Below are positions 1 to 7,657 of a stretch of 64,000 nucleotides of DNA, one piece after another. The position numbers and the translations under genes are program-made. Each line of letters opens with the position of its first letter. Position 1 is the stretch's first letter. The DNA is from Patescibacteria group bacterium (GTDB taxonomy: Bacteria > Patescibacteriota > Patescibacteriia > PEXW01): the NCBI GenBank assembly GCA_038063455.1, contig JBBTVB010000005.1:3482-67481 (forward strand), in the 5' to 3' direction. The notes under the pieces were generated by a model that was not told the DNA's origin, ran no database searches, and saw nothing but the letters and a program-made list of their open reading frames with translations.

Positions 1-1
1 C

Positions 2-574
2 ACCCGCAGTGCTTTGGAACATGCCGACGTGGCCGCTTTGGTGTGGTCTTTCCCCGACGGCATTGGCTTGGTAGAAAAAACCTTGGCTGGCGACATTGGC
101 GACCGGGGCACCGGCATGGTGCTGGTGGCCAACCAGTGGGATCGCATGCCAGACAAAGTGCCCACCTCGCCACTGCGTGCAGAGAAGTACATTCGTCGCT
201 CGCTGCCTTACGTTTCGTGGGCGCCGATGGTCTTTACTTCGGCCACCGAGAAACACAACGTGCGCCGCATCTTGGATATGGCCGTACAGATAGACCAGCA
301 GCGCCGCCGCACCATCCCGCAAGCCGAACTCACGGCCCTACTGCGCAACGCCGCAATTCGGCTGCGACCCGCGGCCGGCAAAAAACAAGTCATTGCCACC
401 GAACTGCGCCAGCTGAAAACCGCACCACCGACGTTTGAACTCGCTACCAGCAAACGTGAAGCGCTACCAAAAGCCTATGGCCTCGCAGTAGCGAAGCTCC
501 TCCGCGCCGCCTATGACTTTGGCGGGACGCCGATTATCGTCCGTGTCTCGCAACCTTTTGCGAAGAGCATATGA
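2..574 (+). CDS. der: GTPase Der/EngA, C-terminal part (5' end lies outside the window)
   Basis: The reading frame is open to the window edge. It carries 'VANQWD' (NKxD-like G4) and 'TSATE' (G5), followed by a KH-like tail. The stop overlaps the pth start (ATGA). Confidence 0.75.
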   Translation, partial: TRSALEHADVAALVWSFPDGIGLVEKTLAGDIGDRGTGMVLVANQWDRMPDKVPTSPLRAEKYIRRSLPYVSWAPMVFTSATEKHNVRRILDMAVQIDQQRRRTIPQAELTALLRNAAIRLRPAAGKKQVIATELRQLKTAPPTFELATSKREALPKAYGLAVAKLLRAAYDFGGTPIIVRVSQPFAKSI

Positions 575-1194
575 CCACGCTCATTGTTGGCCTGGGCAAC
601 CCAGGCGAGAAATATGACCACAGCCGCCATAACCTGGGCTTCCGGGTAGTGGATGCGTTGCAGAACACCTGGCAGCTACCTGCGTGGCAAGAAAATAGTG
701 CACTCAACAGTTTACTGACCGCAAAAATCACCGAACCAAAAGCCTGGGTCCTCAAACCCACCACCTTTATGAACGACTCGGGCCGGGCGGTGGTCAATAC
801 CAGCCGCTTCTACCATGTGGAACCCAGTGGGGTGTGGGTGGTACACGACGACATGGACATTCCCTTTGGCAGCGTCAAAATCCACCGCAACCTTTCGGCG
901 GGTGGGCATAATGGCGTAGATTCGGTTATCGAGCACCTGCACACCAAAGAGTTCTGGCGTTTCCGGGTGGGCATTAGCCGGCCCCGCCCCCTCGATGCCA
1001 ATGCCGACGGGCGCGTGGACCCGCGGGAATGGGCCATAGCTAAGTACGACGTCGCAGATTACGTCTTGGCCGACTGGGACCCGGAACAGCAAGCTGGCCT
1101 TAGCGCGGCTATTGAACGGACTATTGCCGCGCTTACACTTGCACTCCAAAAAGGTCCGGATGCGGCTGCGAACCAGTTTAACGGCACGCAATAA
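571..1194 (+). CDS. pth: Peptidyl-tRNA hydrolase
   Basis: 207 aa with the 'LIVGLGNPGEKY' and 'RHNLGF' Pth signatures. Confidence 0.95.
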   Translation: MTTLIVGLGNPGEKYDHSRHNLGFRVVDALQNTWQLPAWQENSALNSLLTAKITEPKAWVLKPTTFMNDSGRAVVNTSRFYHVEPSGVWVVHDDMDIPFGSVKIHRNLSAGGHNGVDSVIEHLHTKEFWRFRVGISRPRPLDANADGRVDPREWAIAKYDVADYVLADWDPEQQAGLSAAIERTIAALTLALQKGPDAAANQFNGTQ

Positions 1195-1296
1195 AAAACT
1201 ATTCACTCGTACCCCACGTCCACAGCAAGCACTCGCGAGGTAATAGGAGGGGTAACCTCATGAATACTCCGTGGACGTAGGATACCAATGAACAGC
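1193..1296 (-). ncRNA. Orphan short transcription unit: either an sRNA of about 100 nt or a carrier of a 20-aa micro-ORF (1199..1261, MRLPLLLPRECLLWTWGTSE)
   Basis: It lies downstream of a TTGACA-N17-TAGGTT promoter. It has nested stems (CCUACGUCCAC/GUGGACGUGGGG and CUAUU..CUCG/CGAG..AAUAG) and ends in U6. A GGAG sits 5 nt before the internal ATG. Confidence 0.35.
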
Positions 1297-1301
1297 ATCC
1301 A

Positions 1302-1330
1302 AACCTAGCAAATCTCTTTTTTTCTGTCAA
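1302..1330 (-). promoter_or_regulatory. Sigma70-like promoter with no annotated gene downstream
   Basis: On the reverse complement: TTGACA (1325-1330), a 17-nt spacer, then TAGGTT (1302-1307). Confidence 0.45.
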
Positions 1331-1348
1331 CCCAGCACCCTTCATACA

Positions 1349-1384
1349 CCCCAAGCGCAGGTCTCCGTGCCTGCGCGGGCTAGG
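1349..1384. repeat. REP-like GC-rich palindromic element, copy 1
   Basis: ccccAAGCGCAGGtctccgtgCCTGCGCGGG, with a GCGCAGG/CCTGCGC stem. Related copies lie at 6422, 36301, 43076 and 61766. Confidence 0.6.
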
Positions 1385-1410
1385 AATCTGCTTACGCCAA
1401 CCCTCCTGAA

Positions 1411-4400
1411 TTGAAGCTCATGCCTGCTCGACCACCGGCTTCTGAAAACCTACACATCCCACTGCCCGCACCGGCCATTGCGGCGCTTCGGGCTGGTCGC
1501 CGGATTCATACCACCGGCGTGCCCGAAATTTCGGCGCAAGTGGCAATTATTGCCGAGGCGCTGCGACAGCAGCCGCGCACGCACGTGCTGTGGCTGGTGG
1601 ACGATATTGATCACCAGAGCCGAGTGGTCACCGCCCTGTGCGCGCTGCGCCTGAGCGACCAATACCACACCGCCACCGAGATTACCCCGCCGGTGCTGGC
1701 CAACCTGCTGACCAAAACCCCCACCGTGCTGGTGCTCACCCCGCGCCAAGTGCTCACCCCGCTGCCAGAGAAAAAACACTTTGGCGACGGCGTGCTGACC
1801 TTGCGGCCTGGCACGGCGTTCTCCACCACCGACATGTCTCGCCACTTGGTGGAGCACGGCTACATGGCCGAGACCATGGTGTCCGGCCCCGGCGAATTTG
1901 CGCGGCGCGGCGGCTTGCTAGATGTGTTCCCCGTCGGGGCCAACCACCCGGTGCGCGTAGAATTTGATGACCGGACCATTGCAACCTTGCATGCGGTTGA
2001 CCATGCCAATAAAGCCGGGGCCAAGCTGCCGCAGGTTACCGTGCCGCCCGCACGCATGCCCGCCCGCGACAACGACACCGCCCTGGTGCAGTACCTCGAC
2101 CGGCAGCACACCCTTATGGTAGTAACGGATGCCGATGATGTTGGTGATGACGATCGACAAGCTGCCTTAGGTGCAATCCACAACTACCCCACGGTGAGTT
2201 TGCGGACGTTTGGCGGGGGCGAGGCCGACGTAGCCATAGATGCCCGGCCGGCCCCGCTCTACGCTGGCCAGTACGCGCGCTTTGTGGCAGATGCAAAGCA
2301 ATGGAAAAAGACGCGCGTGGTGGTTTTAACGGCCCGCAAAAAACAACTCGAGGCACTATGTAAAGAACACGACATTCCCCTGCCCGAGTGCTGGGAGGTG
2401 CCCTACAATGCCACGCTATCTGGCTTCAAATCTGCGCCGGCAAAACTTTTGGTGCTTACCGACCGAGAAATTTTCCCGCGCGACCAACCCACGGTGCGCA
2501 CGCGCGGACTCGACACCTCGTTCCTGGCTGAACTCAAAACCGGCGACTACGCCGTACACCTGGACCACGGCATTGGCTTGTTTCGGGGCATGCGCACGGA
2601 CGTGGTGAATGGTGTGGCCAAGGAGTATTTCGTGCTGGAGTACGCGGAGAAAGACCGCCTCTCGGTGCCGGTGGAACTGGCGGAAAAACTTTCCAAGTAC
2701 ATTGGCGTCAGCCACCCGCCGCTGCACCGCCTGCACGGCAGCAACTGGTACCAGGTCACGCGCAAAGTACGGGAAGACACTCGCCAGCTGGCCAAAGAAC
2801 TGGTGAAGTTGTACGCCGCCCGCGAGCTCGTGCGCGTGCGCCCCATGCAGCACCGCACGGCCGAAGAACGCGCGCTGGCAGACTCGTTCCCCTATGACGA
2901 GACGCCAGACCAAATGCGCGCTATCGAAGAAGTCTTTGCCGACCTGCAAGGCGAGCGCCCCATGGACCGCCTGGTCTGCGGCGACGTGGGCTTTGGTAAA
3001 ACCGAAGTGGCCATCCGCGCCGCCTACAAAGCCGCAGCCAACGGCTACCAAGTGGCCGTGCTTTCGCCGACGACGATTTTGACGCAGCAACACTACGACA
3101 CCTTCAACAAACGCCTAGCCCACCTTAAGGTCAACATCGGCTTGCTCTCACGTTTCGAAAGCATGGCCGAGCAGGACGAAACCATTGCCGGCATCAACCG
3201 TGGCGACGTGCAAATTGTTATTGGCACGCACCGCCTGCTCTCCAAAGACGTACACTTTAAAAACTTGGGTCTCATTATTATCGACGAAGAGCAGCGGTTT
3301 GGCGTGGGCCAGAAAGAACGACTCAAGCAGTTTCGCTTGCAGGCCCACGTACTCACCATGAGCGCCACCCCTATCCCGCGCACGCTCAATTTCGTGCTCT
3401 CTAACCTGCGGGACGTGAGTATGATCGAAACCCCGCCCGAAGGCCGGCAACCCATTGAAACCACCATCGCGCCGTACTCGGATAATATCGTGCTCGAAGC
3501 CCTCGACCGCGAGTTCAAACGCAACGGCCAGGCCTACTTCTTGTACAACAACGTCGAAACTATTCACGACAAAGCCCGCGAGCTGCAGCAACTCTTCCCG
3601 AAAGCGCGCATTGGCGTGGCCCACGGCCAGCTACCCGAGGATAAACTGGCGGATGTGATGCATAAATTCGATGCCCAAGAGCTCGACCTGCTCGTGTGTT
3701 CCACCATCATCGAAAACGGTTTGGACTTGCCCAACGTCAACACCTTGATTGTGGACCAAGCCCCGAAGTTTGGCTTGTCCCAGCTCTACCAGTTGCGCGG
3801 ACGCATTGGCCGCGGCAACCAGCAAGCCTTTGCGTACTTCCTCTACCATAGCCAGAAACTCACTGGTGATGCGAAGCAACGTTTGGTCGGCCTGGAAGAA
3901 GCCAAGGCGCTGGGTTCGGGCATGCAGGTGGCATTGCGAGATTTGGAAATCCGCGGCACCGGGAACATCCTGGGCAACCAGCAGCACGGCCACGTGGCCG
4001 CCCTGGGCTTGGGTTTGTACACCCGCTTGCTAGCACAGGAAATTGCTGAACTCAAAACCGGTGCAGCTATGCCCAGCTTGCACGACGTCACCATCGATCT
4101 GCCACTCTCGGTCGGCATTCCACAAGACTTCGAGCCAGACGAGCGCAATCGTCTACGCATCTACCAAGATTTAGCTAACATGGTAAGCGTAGGCGAACTC
4201 TGGCATTACCACGACCAGCTGACCAAAGAGCGCGTCGCGCCGCCGAGCTTGGAATCGCTTTTCAAACTTTTAGAGTTGAAATTACTCGCCCAAAAAACCG
4301 ACATTACGAATATCCAGCTCGTGCGCCTGGGGCCCAACGAGCGACTGATCGTGCGTTTCTTGCGGCCCATCGACGTGGCCAAGCTCAAGCCGCTTTTCGA

Positions 4401-4587
4401 GCTGGTCGAAGGTTGGCAGCTGGCGCCAGACCAACTCAAAATCGATAAGTCCGCCCTGGGTAAGGACTGGGTGGCTATGCTCAAAAAAATTATTGGTGTG
4501 TTTGAGAAAGATAGCGGACATCCAGAAAAAAGTACTGAGAAAAAAGCACCGGCTGTCCCAAAGAAAAAAACGACGTCTTCGGAGTGA
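1411..4587 (+). CDS. mfd: Transcription-repair coupling factor
   Basis: 1058 aa with Walker A 'GDVGFGKTEVA', 'IIDEEQRFG' and a TRCF-like C-terminus. The TTG start is at 1411, with an alternative ATG at 1420. Confidence 0.95.
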   Translation: MKLMPARPPASENLHIPLPAPAIAALRAGRRIHTTGVPEISAQVAIIAEALRQQPRTHVLWLVDDIDHQSRVVTALCALRLSDQYHTATEITPPVLANLLTKTPTVLVLTPRQVLTPLPEKKHFGDGVLTLRPGTAFSTTDMSRHLVEHGYMAETMVSGPGEFARRGGLLDVFPVGANHPVRVEFDDRTIATLHAVDHANKAGAKLPQVTVPPARMPARDNDTALVQYLDRQHTLMVVTDADDVGDDDRQAALGAIHNYPTVSLRTFGGGEADVAIDARPAPLYAGQYARFVADAKQWKKTRVVVLTARKKQLEALCKEHDIPLPECWEVPYNATLSGFKSAPAKLLVLTDREIFPRDQPTVRTRGLDTSFLAELKTGDYAVHLDHGIGLFRGMRTDVVNGVAKEYFVLEYAEKDRLSVPVELAEKLSKYIGVSHPPLHRLHGSNWYQVTRKVREDTRQLAKELVKLYAARELVRVRPMQHRTAEERALADSFPYDETPDQMRAIEEVFADLQGERPMDRLVCGDVGFGKTEVAIRAAYKAAANGYQVAVLSPTTILTQQHYDTFNKRLAHLKVNIGLLSRFESMAEQDETIAGINRGDVQIVIGTHRLLSKDVHFKNLGLIIIDEEQRFGVGQKERLKQFRLQAHVLTMSATPIPRTLNFVLSNLRDVSMIETPPEGRQPIETTIAPYSDNIVLEALDREFKRNGQAYFLYNNVETIHDKARELQQLFPKARIGVAHGQLPEDKLADVMHKFDAQELDLLVCSTIIENGLDLPNVNTLIVDQAPKFGLSQLYQLRGRIGRGNQQAFAYFLYHSQKLTGDAKQRLVGLEEAKALGSGMQVALRDLEIRGTGNILGNQQHGHVAALGLGLYTRLLAQEIAELKTGAAMPSLHDVTIDLPLSVGIPQDFEPDERNRLRIYQDLANMVSVGELWHYHDQLTKERVAPPSLESLFKLLELKLLAQKTDITNIQLVRLGPNERLIVRFLRPIDVAKLKPLFELVEGWQLAPDQLKIDKSALGKDWVAMLKKIIGVFEKDSGHPEKSTEKKAPAVPKKKTTSSE

Positions 4588-4596
4588 AGACGTCGT
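4570..4596. terminator. Bidirectional hairpin terminator
   Basis: ACGACGTCTTC-ggagt-GAAGACGTCGT, an 11-bp stem that covers the mfd stop codon. The A-run at 4563-4570 supplies a U-tract for the convergent minus-strand gene. Confidence 0.7.
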
Positions 4597-4614
4597 GAAG
4601 GTTCGACCACGGAA

Positions 4615-4917
4615 CTAGTCGAGGTGCTGCTGCTTGAGCATACGCGCATGTCTGGCCAGCGCATTCGCCCTCGCATCTTGAGAGCCGAATACCCGGTGTT
4701 GTGAAGTTACGGTCTTTCTTGGCGTCTGGCAGTACGGATGCGGATTCGTACATTTTTCTACCGGGCGCGTCCCAATCATTAAATATTCTTCACCGCTGCG
4801 GTATCTTGCCAGCAATGTGTCAGCGGTGGTTTTGCAAGTTGCGTGGATGCACTTCGTCGTTGGTTCGCCACGGAAACCAATGACGTAGCATTGTGTAATC
4901 CCAGGCTTACGTGCCAA
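4615..4917 (-). CDS. Hypothetical small Cys-containing protein (100 aa), paralog of 4985..5329
   Basis: An AAGGAGG SD sits 6 nt before the TTG start. It shares the 'QCYVIG' and 'KCTNPHPYC' knuckle with the upstream gene. Confidence 0.6.
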   Translation of the reverse strand: MARKPGITQCYVIGFRGEPTTKCIHATCKTTADTLLARYRSGEEYLMIGTRPVEKCTNPHPYCQTPRKTVTSQHRVFGSQDARANALARHARMLKQQHLD

Positions 4918-4984
4918 AATGTACCTCCTTGGTGTTTCGTTTCGGTTTTGTTATAGCGCACTTCGTATGCAACCTCAAGTGCAT

Positions 4985-5329
4985 TTACCTGTCGGCTTGC
5001 GATTCGTCCAGTGGCGCATCATTGGTTGCTCGTGAACCTGCAGGTTTTCGACGAGGTCGGGATTCGCATTGGTGTGCGCCTTTGGCTACGCCAATTTTGT
5101 GTGCATCACACCGTTGCTGCGGATTGGCTGGATTACACATCTGCGGGGGCTGCTCATGAGCCTCAAGTCTGCCAGCCTCGTATTCCGCTTCCTTGCCCTG
5201 CTCAATCGCCCACTGCCGTACAAAAACCTGTACCTGCTTACCTGAATATGCGTGTACAACGCCCAATCTTTCCGTGCCATCGCGTAAAATGAGATAGCAC
5301 TTTGCCTGAGCTTTTTGCTTCCTTGTCAA
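4985..5329 (-). CDS. Hypothetical small Cys-containing protein (114 aa)
   Basis: An AGGAG SD sits 6 nt before the TTG at 5329. The longer tracked ORF would run through its own promoter. It carries 'KCYLIL' and 'MCNPANPQQRC'. Confidence 0.55.
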   Translation of the reverse strand: MTRKQKAQAKCYLILRDGTERLGVVHAYSGKQVQVFVRQWAIEQGKEAEYEAGRLEAHEQPPQMCNPANPQQRCDAHKIGVAKGAHQCESRPRRKPAGSRATNDAPLDESQADR

Positions 5330-5363
5330 AGGTATCTCCTTTTTTTGGTATATGTAACTCGGC

Positions 5364-5392
5364 ACTGTAGCAAACTGCCCGGCAAAAGTCAA
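5364..5392 (-). promoter_or_regulatory. Sigma70-like promoter of the two-gene operon 5329..4615
   Basis: On the reverse complement: TTGACT (5387-5392), a 17-nt spacer, then TACAGT (5364-5369). Confidence 0.5.
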
Positions 5393-5496
5393 CCCAGCTC
5401 CACTTGGCAAATATACGTAAGGGCACAAGCCACGAATTTTTCGTAACCTGTTACATTTTCGTATTCCAATGGTTGTGACAAGTCGGGCTGGGTCAA
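5388..5496. repeat. Duplicated intergenic element, copy A (partner at 21351..21454)
   Basis: The first 28 nt (gtcaacccagctccacttggcaaatata) and last 12 nt (gggctgggtcaa) are identical to copy B. The ends form an inverted repeat, ACCCAGC/GCTGGGT. Confidence 0.6.
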
Positions 5497-5518
5497 CCCA
5501 GGCCTAAACAAAAGAAAA

Positions 5519-5539
5519 GCACCGAACTGGGTTCGGTGC
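5519..5539 (-). terminator. Intrinsic terminator
   Basis: GCACCGAAC-cca-GTTCGGTGC followed by TTTTCTTTT on the minus strand. Confidence 0.7.
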
Positions 5540-5566
5540 GTCAAAAGAACATTACCAAGATCTCTG

Positions 5567-5794
5567 CTACTCTGGGGCCTTCTTGGAAGTTCTCATCACG
5601 AAGGCGACCATGAATACGCAAATACCTGCGAGAACAGCACAAATGATAACTGGCACCGCCGGACTGCTATACCATGGCACGGCGATAGATGGCTCTCCGG
5701 CACCTTCATTCATCCATCCAGCTTTTGCCTTCATACCGTGGAGGAGGATGAGGCTGAACAGGAAGACAGACAAAGTTTGTACAAGCTTTTTCAA
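5567..5794 (-). CDS. Small secreted or membrane-anchored protein (75 aa)
   Basis: TTG start after GAGGAA. It has a signal-like N-terminus, a 'VPWYSS' motif and a C-terminal TM segment. It is a paralog of 5920..6324. Confidence 0.55.
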   Translation of the reverse strand: MKKLVQTLSVFLFSLILLHGMKAKAGWMNEGAGEPSIAVPWYSSPAVPVIICAVLAGICVFMVAFVMRTSKKAPE

Positions 5795-5835
5795 GTTTTC
5801 CTCGCTTTCTGTGATTGTAAAGATCCTTTGCCTAA

Positions 5836-5863
5836 AGCCTAGCACTAGGCTGATTCGAGTCAA
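5836..5863 (-). promoter_or_regulatory. Promoter P1 with the conserved TAGGCTTTAGGCAAAG block
   Basis: On the reverse complement: TTGACT, a 16-nt spacer, then TAGGCT followed by ttaggcaaag. Confidence 0.5.
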
Positions 5864-5870
5864 ATAAAAA

Positions 5871-5893
5871 CGCACCGAACTGAGTTCGGTGCG
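5871..5893 (-). terminator. Intrinsic terminator, near-identical to the one at 5519
   Basis: CGCACCGAAC-tca-GTTCGGTGCG followed by TTTTTATTT on the minus strand. Confidence 0.7.
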
Positions 5894-5919
5894 TAAGAAG
5901 AGCATTACCAAGGTGCGTA

Positions 5920-6324
5920 CTACTCAGAAGTCGTTCTGAAAGCTTTGATAATAAGCGGTAAAAGCATGAGTACAGTAAAACAAAAAATGAGCGCGCCAGC
6001 ATAAACAAAGTAATCTGCAATACTCTGCCATTCTGGAGAGCCTTTCCTGTAGAGGAAGTCTGCCACAAGAAATAGCGCAGAACTCATGAGTGCGGTGATA
6101 ACGATTGATGTCTTCAACGGAAAGTCTTGCGTCTTTTTGTGTACCAATACACAAAGGCCTAGGAAAGCAGCATAAGTGATTATTGACCCTGCCAGACCGC
6201 TATACCACGGCGCCACTGTTGACTCTGACATATCATCACCGGTGGCGAGAGCGCCTGCCTCCGTACCAAATAATAGGACGAAAACAAGCATTAGGATCGA
6301 CGAAACCTGCAAAAACTTCTTCAC
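5920..6324 (-). CDS. Multi-TM membrane protein (134 aa), paralog of 5567..5794
   Basis: GTG start after GAGAAAG. It carries 'APWYSG' and several hydrophobic helices. Confidence 0.55.
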   Translation of the reverse strand: MKKFLQVSSILMLVFVLLFGTEAGALATGDDMSESTVAPWYSGLAGSIITYAAFLGLCVLVHKKTQDFPLKTSIVITALMSSALFLVADFLYRKGSPEWQSIADYFVYAGALIFCFTVLMLLPLIIKAFRTTSE

Positions 6325-6365
6325 GTCTTTCTCACTTTCATAGATTGTAAAGGTTCTTTGCCTAC

Positions 6366-6393
6366 AGCCTAGCACTGGCAATCAGCTAGTCAA
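6366..6393 (-). promoter_or_regulatory. Promoter P2 with the conserved TAGGCTGTAGGCAAAG block
   Basis: On the reverse complement: TTGACT, a 16-nt spacer, then TAGGCT followed by gtaggcaaag. Confidence 0.5.
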
Positions 6394-6421
6394 ATATTCT
6401 TTCAAAGCAATTATATTTTAT

Positions 6422-6482
6422 CCGAGCGCACGCGGCCCTGCCCGCGAATATTTTTACCGCAGGCACAGCGGCCTGCGCTGGA
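6422..6482. repeat. REP-like element, copy 2 (inverted orientation, with an AT-rich insert)
   Basis: The reverse complement reads ccAGCGCAGGccgctgtgCCTGCGG-taaaaatattc-GCGGGCAGGGccgcgtgcgctcgg, which parallels the copy at 36301. Confidence 0.5.
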
Positions 6483-6511
6483 TATTTTGATTTTAACTTG
6501 CACAATTCAAA

Positions 6512-7651
6512 TTGAACGTGCTAGCCTTTTGGCCATCTATGCCACAACCACAAGCACTTCCGGAAAACGAACGCATTGCCTGGGCCGCCTGGGCCAGCAT
6601 TGTGCAGATTGGACCGAAGAAAATTGAACTGCTACGCGTCGCTTTCCCAAGCCTGGCTGATGCGTGGAAAGCATCGGATGCTGAACTGCGTAAGGCACTA
6701 CAGCGCGAAGGGAAAGTGACCGAGGCCATTATTGCCGCACATGCCAAACTCGACCCACAAAAAAATTGGCAGGCAATAACTGACGCCAAGGTACAGGTCG
6801 TAACACTGCTTGATGACAACTACCCTGCCTTACTGAAAGAAACGCACGACGCACCAGCCGTGCTCTTTGTCCGCGGTACACTACCGCCAGCGGAGCAGAC
6901 CCTGCTGGCCGTGGTCGGTACGCGCGCTTTTACCGACTACGGCCGCCAGGCAACCGACATGCTGGTACAACCCTTGGTCAAAGCAGGCCTTGGCATTGTC
7001 TCTGGCTTAGCTCTGGGCATAGATGGCCTGGCCCATGAGGCAACCTTGAACGCTGGTGGAAAAACCTGGGCGGTCATGGGCACAGGCGTCAATCTGGTCT
7101 ACCCACCCCAGCACCGCGACCTGGCCCACCGCATAGTAAAGGAAGGCGGCGGCCTCATTTCCGAATTCCCACTGGGCACCACCAGCCTACCCCACCACTT
7201 CCCGCTGCGTAACCGGATTGTGGCCGGGATGTGCACCGGTACCCTGGTAGTAGAGGCGGGCGATAAGTCTGGTGCCCTGCTCACGGCCAAGCTGGCCCTG
7301 GATGAAAACCGGGAAGTTTTTGCCATACCGGGCGACATTTCCCGGTCAGCCTCGGCCGGCACCAACAAGTTCATTCGCCTAGGCGCAACCCTCGTCCGAG
7401 GTGCAGATGACATTCTTGTAGCTCTCAATCTTGCACCAGTAACGGACGATAGAACTGTAGAAAAAACCTCGCCACCCGCGGACAATCCTGAAGAACAGAT
7501 TGTCATCCAGCACCTGGTGTCTGGCGCAAAACATGTTGACGAACTTTCCCGCCTGTGCGATTGTGACCCAAGCGTCATCACCAGCACGTTGGTGATGTTG
7601 GAATTGAAAGGCCGCGTGCACCACCTGGGCGGCCTGACCTACCGTTTGTAA
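6512..7651 (+). CDS. dprA: DNA processing protein DprA/Smf
   Basis: Rossmann core 'LAVVGTRAFTDYG' and 'SGLALGIDGLAHEA'. TTG start at 6512, with an alternative ATG at 6539. Confidence 0.9.
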   Translation: MNVLAFWPSMPQPQALPENERIAWAAWASIVQIGPKKIELLRVAFPSLADAWKASDAELRKALQREGKVTEAIIAAHAKLDPQKNWQAITDAKVQVVTLLDDNYPALLKETHDAPAVLFVRGTLPPAEQTLLAVVGTRAFTDYGRQATDMLVQPLVKAGLGIVSGLALGIDGLAHEATLNAGGKTWAVMGTGVNLVYPPQHRDLAHRIVKEGGGLISEFPLGTTSLPHHFPLRNRIVAGMCTGTLVVEAGDKSGALLTAKLALDENREVFAIPGDISRSASAGTNKFIRLGATLVRGADDILVALNLAPVTDDRTVEKTSPPADNPEEQIVIQHLVSGAKHVDELSRLCDCDPSVITSTLVMLELKGRVHHLGGLTYRL

Positions 7652-7657
7652 CACCCA

